A stretch of 46,932 nucleotides of DNA. Source: an uncultured Candidatus Peribacteria bacterium (GTDB taxonomy: Bacteria > Patescibacteriota > Gracilibacteria > BD1-5 > JAGOOR01). Shown here piece by piece: positions 42,744-46,932 of the stretch; the first letter of the stretch is position 1, and the number at the start of each line of letters is the position of its first letter. The translations under genes were made by a program, and so were the position numbers. The stretch is taken from NCBI GenBank assembly GCA_964603225.1, contig CAZRUI010000001.1:1-46932 (forward strand), written 5' to 3'. Under the pieces are notes generated by a model that saw only the letters and a list, made by a program, of their open reading frames with translations, did no database searches and was not told the DNA's origin.

Positions 42744-43493
42744 ATGAAGGGCGTCCTCATCTGCGGCGGTACCGGCTCGCGCCTGCGGCCGCTCACGGAG
42801 ATCACCAATAAGAGCCTCCTGCCGGTCTACGACCGGCCACTCATCGATTACCCGCTGCAGGTGCTCCTCCGCGCGGGCATTGCGGACATCATCGTCATTA
42901 CGGGGCCGGAACACATGGACCAGATCGCCGCGTTCCTGGGTTCCGGAGAGAAGTTCGGCTGCACGTTCGCCTTCCGGGTGCAGGAGAAGCCGGGCGGTAT
43001 TGCGCAAGCACTGGGGCTGGCGGAGGAGTTTGTGGCCGGGGACATCCTCTGCGCGATCCTGGGGGACAACGTCTACTTGGATGACCTCTCTCCGGCCATC
43101 AAAGCGTTCGAACACGGGGCGCATGTGTTCCTAAAGGAAGTGCCGGATCCGGAGCGCTTTGGCGTTGCCGAGGTCCGGTCGTCACTGACCACCGACCACT
43201 CGCCACTGACCACTGTGGTATCGATCGAGGAAAAACCCTCCGTCCCCAGATCGAACCTGGCCGTCACTGGCTGCTACCTCTACGATGCCCGGTGTTTTGA
43301 CTTCATCCGCACGCAGGAACCCTCCCCCCGGGGCGAGCTGGAGATCACGGACGTGAGCCGCCGCTACCTGGAACTGGGCGAACTCCAGGCGTCCGTGCTG
43401 ACGGACGAATGGATCGATGCCGGAACGTTCGAGAGCCTCTACCGCGCGGCGACCGTGGTGCGGGAGCGGCGCCTCTCCGCTGCCGAGTCATGA
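42744..43493 (+). CDS. rfbA: Glucose-1-phosphate thymidylyltransferase (short-form sugar nucleotidyltransferase)
   Basis: ORF track 42663..43493. Start moved to ATG 42744 (MKGVLICGGTGSRLRPLT), with TACAAT 8 nt upstream. Motifs NKSLLPVYDRPLIDYPL and SIEEKP. In-frame heptamer array at 43181..43215 (SSLTTDHSPLTT). Confidence 0.88.
   Translation: MKGVLICGGTGSRLRPLTEITNKSLLPVYDRPLIDYPLQVLLRAGIADIIVITGPEHMDQIAAFLGSGEKFGCTFAFRVQEKPGGIAQALGLAEEFVAGDILCAILGDNVYLDDLSPAIKAFEHGAHVFLKEVPDPERFGVAEVRSSLTTDHSPLTTVVSIEEKPSVPRSNLAVTGCYLYDARCFDFIRTQEPSPRGELEITDVSRRYLELGELQASVLTDEWIDAGTFESLYRAATVVRERRLSAAES
43181..43215. repeat. CCACT-heptamer array embedded in frame in rfbA
   Basis: gtcact gaccacc gaccact cgccact gaccact g. 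Translated on the plus strand as SSLTTDHSPLTT, between the conserved FGVAE and SIEEKP. Confidence 0.75.
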
Positions 43494-43981
43494 CAACAGT
43501 GCTGCACGCCGGGTTGGAGGAACTTGTCGCGCGAGCCGAAGCCGAAGGCCGCACGCTGGTGGTAGGCGCGGGGATCCAGCACGCAGGCCGCCTGCTCCTG
43601 GTCCGCCGCGCAACTACGGAAAATTTTCTGGCTGAGTACTGGGAAGTCCCCGGCGGCAAGGTAGACCAAGACGAATCGATCTTAGATGCGCTCGTACGGG
43701 AAGTCCGCGAGGAGACAGCCCTGGAGATCAGAGACATTCGTGACTGCGTCGGCATGTTCGATTACGACCTTCCGGAAGGCCTCTTCTGCCAGTTCACGTT
43801 CCTGGTGGACGTGACGCACCCTCACCTCACCCTCAATCCCGCGGAGCACGACGCGCGTCGGTGGATCCATCCGAGCGAGCGGCCGACGCTCGATACCCTG
43901 CGCCTTACGCCCCAGATGCGCGCTATGCTAGCAGTCCTGTTCCACCGGATGGAGGGTCAGGCCACCAGCATCTCCGCGTAG
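43490..43981 (+). CDS. NUDIX hydrolase
   Basis: ORF track 43409..43981. ATG 43490 forms an ATGA overlap with the rfbA stop. Nudix box GGKVDQDESILDALVREVREETAL. Confidence 0.85.
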   Translation: MTTVLHAGLEELVARAEAEGRTLVVGAGIQHAGRLLLVRRATTENFLAEYWEVPGGKVDQDESILDALVREVREETALEIRDIRDCVGMFDYDLPEGLFCQFTFLVDVTHPHLTLNPAEHDARRWIHPSERPTLDTLRLTPQMRAMLAVLFHRMEGQATSISA

Positions 43982-45114
43982 ACCTGGCCGTACCGGGCCG
44001 CTATGGCGGACCAGTCGTAGTGCTGAGCATGTTGGCGACCGGCCTCAGCGGCCTGTTCGCGGAGTTTCGGGTTCTGGAGATACACTTGAATCGCCTCCGC
44101 CGCTGCGGCCGGATCATCTGGCGCAACTAGCGTCCCCGCCGCTTTGGGCACGATCTCCGGGATACCCTGGACAGTTGTAGCCACCACCGCGCAGCCCGCT
44201 GCCTGCGCTTCCAGGAAGACGTTCCCAAACGCCTCCGATCGCGACAGCCCGCAGAAGACCTCCGCCTCTGCGAACTCCCGCAGGAGATCTAGACCCGTGA
44301 GGTACCCCCGGAACGTCACGTGCCGATCGACCCCCAGTTCCCGGGCCAGCTGCTGGAGCTGTTTCCTGAGCGAACCATCGCCCACGATGTGCAGATGTGG
44401 AGCGATGAGCGATGAGCGGGTAGCGGTGAGCTTGGCTGCTCCTTGTTTCCGCCCGCCGCTCACAGCTCTCCGTTCGCGCTGACCACTGACCGCTGACCAC
44501 TGACCGCTCACTATCGCGAACGTTCGCAGAAGAACATCCACCCCCTTCATCGGCTCCAGACGGCCAACGAACAGCACCCGCTCCGGCACCTTGTCCCATT
44601 GACCGCACACCTCACGGGTGGCGTCCAGCGGGATACCGTTGGGGATGAGAGTCACGTCCGTACGGCCCAATGACGCGGCCCGGTCGATCAAGACCTGGCT
44701 AATAGCGGTGAGGCGGTGCGGGGCGCGGTGGATGGGACCGAGCAGGAAGGAAGTGTTCGTGCTCTGGAGCGTGAGGAGCCGCCGGGCATCCGGCACCAGC
44801 ATGCGCGCACACAGGAGCGCCACTCCGGCGTAGGATTCCAGCACGGCATGGAGGAGCGCGGGCCGCAGCCGCCTAGCGGTCCAGGCACTGAGGAGCGGGA
44901 AGAGCCACTTGTCGATCGGGAGGCCCAGGCCCACCCGGACAACGCTCACGCCCAGGAGGTCATCCTGCCGGGGCAAGCGGAGCCGCATGCGCGCCGTGAT
45001 GATCACCACGTCATAAGAGGCCGCAAGCCGCACCGCCACCTCCTCCGCGCACGCCTCCGCCCCGCTCCGCAGGGGGGAGAGGAACGCGGAGAGGACAACG
45101 ACACGCTGTTTCAC
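43957..45114 (-). CDS. Glycosyltransferase family 1 (GT4-type) carrying a translated hairpin-repeat insertion
   Basis: ORF track 43957..45168. GTG 45114 (VKQRVVVLSAF) preferred; ATG 45168 possible. Motif SRSEAFGNVFLEAQAAGCAVVAT. About 36 extra residues (SGQWSAVSGQ...TRSSLIA) lie just before the conserved HIVGDG. Confidence 0.8.
   Translation of the reverse strand: MKQRVVVLSAFLSPLRSGAEACAEEVAVRLAASYDVVIITARMRLRLPRQDDLLGVSVVRVGLGLPIDKWLFPLLSAWTARRLRPALLHAVLESYAGVALLCARMLVPDARRLLTLQSTNTSFLLGPIHRAPHRLTAISQVLIDRAASLGRTDVTLIPNGIPLDATREVCGQWDKVPERVLFVGRLEPMKGVDVLLRTFAIVSGQWSAVSGQRERRAVSGGRKQGAAKLTATRSSLIAPHLHIVGDGSLRKQLQQLARELGVDRHVTFRGYLTGLDLLREFAEAEVFCGLSRSEAFGNVFLEAQAAGCAVVATTVQGIPEIVPKAAGTLVAPDDPAAAAEAIQVYLQNPKLREQAAEAGRQHAQHYDWSAIAARYGQVYAEMLVA
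44400..44511. repeat. Complete two-armed GGTCAGT-family hairpin element embedded in frame in a GT4 CDS
   Basis: Arm 44400-44431 (gagcgatgagcgatgagcgggtagcggtgagc) matches the reverse complement of 44478-44509 at 23/32 positions (hand alignment). The right arm contains a perfect 14-nt tandem duplication (gctgaccactgacc x2). Confidence 0.75.
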
Positions 45115-45119
45115 AGTAC

Positions 45120-45198
45120 GGAATGGAAAATTGAAAATGGACAACGCACAATGACCGTCATTGTACATTGTAAATTGCCCATTCTACATTTCCCATTC
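45120..45198. repeat. Hairpin with arms of tandem heptamers (GAATGGA/AAATTGA type) plus a central perfect palindrome
   Basis: Left arm ggaatggaaaattgaaaatggacaa. Centre acaatga-ccg-tcattgt (45148-45164). Right arm ttgcccattctacatttcccattc. Confidence 0.8.
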
Positions 45199-46315
45199 AC
45201 GCGCTCTGCGACATCAATGCAAACAAATCTTGGTACTGCTTCCCCACCGCCTCCCAGCTGAAGTGCTCCTGGATCCGCTGCCGCGCCGCCTGCCCCATGG
45301 CCCGCCGCTTGGCGGGGTCCTCAAGCAACCGGCGAACGTGCGCCGCCAGGGCTTCTCGGTCCCCGGGCGGGAAGAGGAGCCCGGAGACGCCGTTCTGGAG
45401 GAGGAACCGGTTCCCGCCCACGTCGGTTGCTATGCACGCGCAGCCGCTCGCCATGGCTTCCATGAGGGCGTTACTGAGCCCCTCGCTGTGGCTGGGAAGA
45501 ACAAAGATGTCCGTCCCGGCCAGTACCGCCGGAATGTCGTCCCGCAAGCCGGTGAACGCCACGTCCCGCTCGTACCGCCGCACGAGCGGGTGGCCGTCCC
45601 GGTACCAACCAACTACTTGCAGCTTGAGGCGGGAATGGCTCTTTTTGAGCGGCACAACCGCTTCAAGGAAGTCATCGACGCCCTTGATGGACTCCAGCCG
45701 ACCGACGTATGTGACAGTGATCGCAGCGGAATCTGACCACTGACCACGGACTACCGACCACTGTGCCGGATCGATCCCGGTAGGAATCACTTGGCTCTTC
45801 CCAGCAAGGCCAAGCCGCCTCAGGAGCCGCTCCGGCTGCGGATGGAAGAACACGATTCTGGCAGCGCACAGCAGGATCAACCACCCCAGCGTCCACGCAT
45901 AGATGGCCGCGGCAATTTTGGGCAACCTGCCGCGCGGCCACCACGTCATGCCCACCAGGGCGTCCGTGAGCAGAATCACCCGCCGCCCCCGGAGCGCCAG
46001 GGAGAGGACGGACAGGGACGTCCAGAACAGAATCTTATTTACCACCACGATATCCGGCTGCTCCGACCGGATGAGCGCCCGCACGCGGCGGGAGAAGCCC
46101 CAGGCGATCCCATAGTTCCACGGATCGGGCAGGAAGAAGTCCCGGAAACGGTGAATGGCCAGCGTAGCCGAGACACGCTCTCCCCCCGTCTCCGCCCCCA
46201 TGCAGGCCATGATGACCCGGAAGCCCAGCCGCTGCCACAGTTCCGCCAGTTTCACCGAGCTCACCATCCAGCGGTGCTGCTCCTGCCAGTAGGGGGAGAT
46301 AAGGAGGATCTTCAC
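45197..46315 (-). CDS. Glycosyltransferase family 1 (GT4-type)
   Basis: 372 aa, GTG start (MKILLISPYW). Motif PSHSEGLSNALMEAMASGCACIAT. In-frame heptamer array at 45733..45763 (QWSVVRGQWS). Confidence 0.85.
   Translation of the reverse strand: MKILLISPYWQEQHRWMVSSVKLAELWQRLGFRVIMACMGAETGGERVSATLAIHRFRDFFLPDPWNYGIAWGFSRRVRALIRSEQPDIVVVNKILFWTSLSVLSLALRGRRVILLTDALVGMTWWPRGRLPKIAAAIYAWTLGWLILLCAARIVFFHPQPERLLRRLGLAGKSQVIPTGIDPAQWSVVRGQWSDSAAITVTYVGRLESIKGVDDFLEAVVPLKKSHSRLKLQVVGWYRDGHPLVRRYERDVAFTGLRDDIPAVLAGTDIFVLPSHSEGLSNALMEAMASGCACIATDVGGNRFLLQNGVSGLLFPPGDREALAAHVRRLLEDPAKRRAMGQAARQRIQEHFSWEAVGKQYQDLFALMSQSA
45733..45763. repeat. CCACT-heptamer array embedded in frame in a GT4 CDS
   Basis: ctgaccact gaccacg gactacc gaccact g. 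Translated on the minus strand as QWSVVRGQWS. Confidence 0.7.
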
Positions 46316-46320
46316 GGAGC

Positions 46321-46396
46321 GGTCAGAAGCGAGTGGTCAGTGATCAGTATGAGGAAAAAATCCACACCTGGCCACTGACCCCTGACCACTGATCAC
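46321..46396. repeat. Hairpin with arms of tandem heptamers (GGTCAGT / CCACTGACC family)
   Basis: Left arm ggtcaga agcgagt ggtcagt gatcagt. Right arm ctggccact gacccct gaccact gatcac. About 19/27 complementary. The loop contains a CATACT -10-like box for the minus strand. Confidence 0.8.
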
Positions 46397-46755
46397 TCTT
46401 CTGTGGAACTCTCATCCTGCGCCAAGCCGGCCTCTCTCAGCGCAATTTCCCTGACCAACTTGGCCTGCCGCTCTTCCAGCTCCTCCAACCGGATGACCAG
46501 GTAGAACACCATGAAGAAGAGGATGCCCAGGAACGTCACGACCACCGCGTTTTCCCGGTCGGCAACCCCCGTCAGGGCAGAGAGCGTGGTGAGGAGGTCC
46601 GGCAGGAGCGCAATGAGCGCCACCAATCCCCAGAAGAACGTCCAGAGCAGCGCTTCCCACACCGTCTTCTTGCCCCGCCGCACCAGCCCCCACGCGTACG
46701 CGACCGCGACCAGGGACAGGAGCGGCGCGATGATCTGGTAGGGGGTGAGAGACAT
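46393..46755 (-). CDS. DUF2304-family small membrane protein
   Basis: 120 aa with three or four TM spans, then a charged coiled tail (RLEELEERQAKLVREIA). This type usually sits next to a GT2 gene. Confidence 0.7.
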   Translation of the reverse strand: MSLTPYQIIAPLLSLVAVAYAWGLVRRGKKTVWEALLWTFFWGLVALIALLPDLLTTLSALTGVADRENAVVVTFLGILFFMVFYLVIRLEELEERQAKLVREIALREAGLAQDESSTEE

Positions 46756-46758
46756 GAC

Positions 46759-46838
46759 GCGAATGTTGAATAGCGAATGGCGAATGTGGAATACCGATGG
46801 GGTTCGACATTCGACATTCTATAGTCGATATTCGATCC
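46759..46838. repeat. Hairpin with arms of tandem heptamers (GCGAATG type; same family as 42618..42705)
   Basis: Left arm gcgaatg ttgaata gcgaatg gcgaatg tggaata ccg. Right arm ggttcgacattcgacattctatagtcgatattcgatcc. Shares cgaatgtcgaa and gaatatcga strings with 42618..42705. Confidence 0.8.
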
Positions 46839-46852
46839 TACAATAGCCAGAA

Positions 46853-46932
46853 CTACCGGAGGAACGACCGCAAGAGGATCTTCAGCGCCGTCTTCACCCC
46901 CGTGGCAAAGGACTGGCCTTTGGCCAACGTGT
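46853..46932 (-). CDS. Partial CDS (C-terminal end only), possibly a GT2 glycosyltransferase
   Basis: My own translation of the minus strand: ..TLAKGQSFATGVKTALKILLRSFLR*, open to the window edge. The GT2 guess rests only on the usual DUF2304-GT2 pairing. Confidence 0.35.
   Translation of the reverse strand, partial: TLAKGQSFATGVKTALKILLRSFLR

Noticed and set aside
42600-43124. N-terminal extensions in the ORF track (rfbB as 487 aa; also 32940..33437, 7768..7896, 11841..12095, 28633..28863, 27135..27314, 42663..42743)
   Set aside because: The extensions run antisense through neighbouring genes or through repeat spacers. Conserved N-termini begin at internal starts that carry a -10 box at 6-8 nt or a stop/start overlap.
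38768-46396. Intergenic hairpins as ordinary Rho-independent terminators
   Set aside because: Stems are AT-rich and imperfect, most lack a 3' U-run on the transcribed strand, and several overlap stop codons or contain the next gene's -10 box. Terminator activity is not excluded but is not supported by canonical features.
37691-46838. Could the short repeats be CRISPR arrays?
   Set aside because: Units are 7-9 nt and immediately tandem or inverted, with no 25-40 nt repeats, no unique spacers and no cas genes. The architecture is hairpin or tandem array, not repeat-spacer.
1-46932. Defence systems, toxin-antitoxin pairs, prophage or transposon genes, tRNA/rRNA
   Set aside because: Every ORF with a plausible protein-like translation could be placed in glycan biosynthesis or membrane categories. 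No nuclease, ATPase, integrase, transposase or tRNA-like cloverleaf sequence was recognised by eye. A proper tRNAscan or HMM scan is still advisable.

Overview
High-GC (mid-60s % by eye), extremely gene-dense window: 44 CDS calls and almost no non-coding DNA. It is essentially one large cell-envelope glycan biosynthesis and decoration locus. Nucleotide-sugar supply genes: a UDP-HexNAc-type dehydrogenase, gmd plus a ColD-like 3-dehydratase plus an SDR reductase, split heptose-7-P kinase and heptose-1-P adenylyltransferase, wecB, and rfbB/rfbA plus a Nudix hydrolase. Transferases: 8 GT1/GT4, 5-6 GT2 (three of them Dpm1/GtrB-like polyprenol-P-sugar synthases), 1 GT9 and 5 large GT-C-like membrane proteins. 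Also present: a Wzx-type flippase, GtrA, four methyltransferases, asnB, a NodU-type carbamoyltransferase with two small membrane partners, and three paralogous membrane-anchored SGNH hydrolases. I saw no rRNA, tRNA, CRISPR, transposase, integrase or recognisable defence genes, and no initiating phosphoglycosyltransferase, Wzy or Wzz. The most unusual content is non-genic. (1) Almost every intergenic spacer in 35.6-46.9 kb (plus one at 7.8 kb) is an AT-rich hairpin whose arms are tandem arrays of a locus-specific heptamer or nonamer. (2) One family (GGTCAGT/CCACTGACC) is also embedded in frame inside four unrelated CDSs, once as a complete two-armed element. (3) One hairpin carries a low-GC four-helix-bundle (23S-IVS-protein/Avd-like) ORF in its loop. 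(4) Transcription units look leaderless: a TAnnnT box sits 6-8 nt upstream of the start codon at about 17 genes, no Shine-Dalgarno is visible, and internal genes are chained by ATGA/TGATG/GTGA overlaps. Several start codons were moved relative to the ORF track on this basis. All functional calls rest on motifs read by eye, not on searches.
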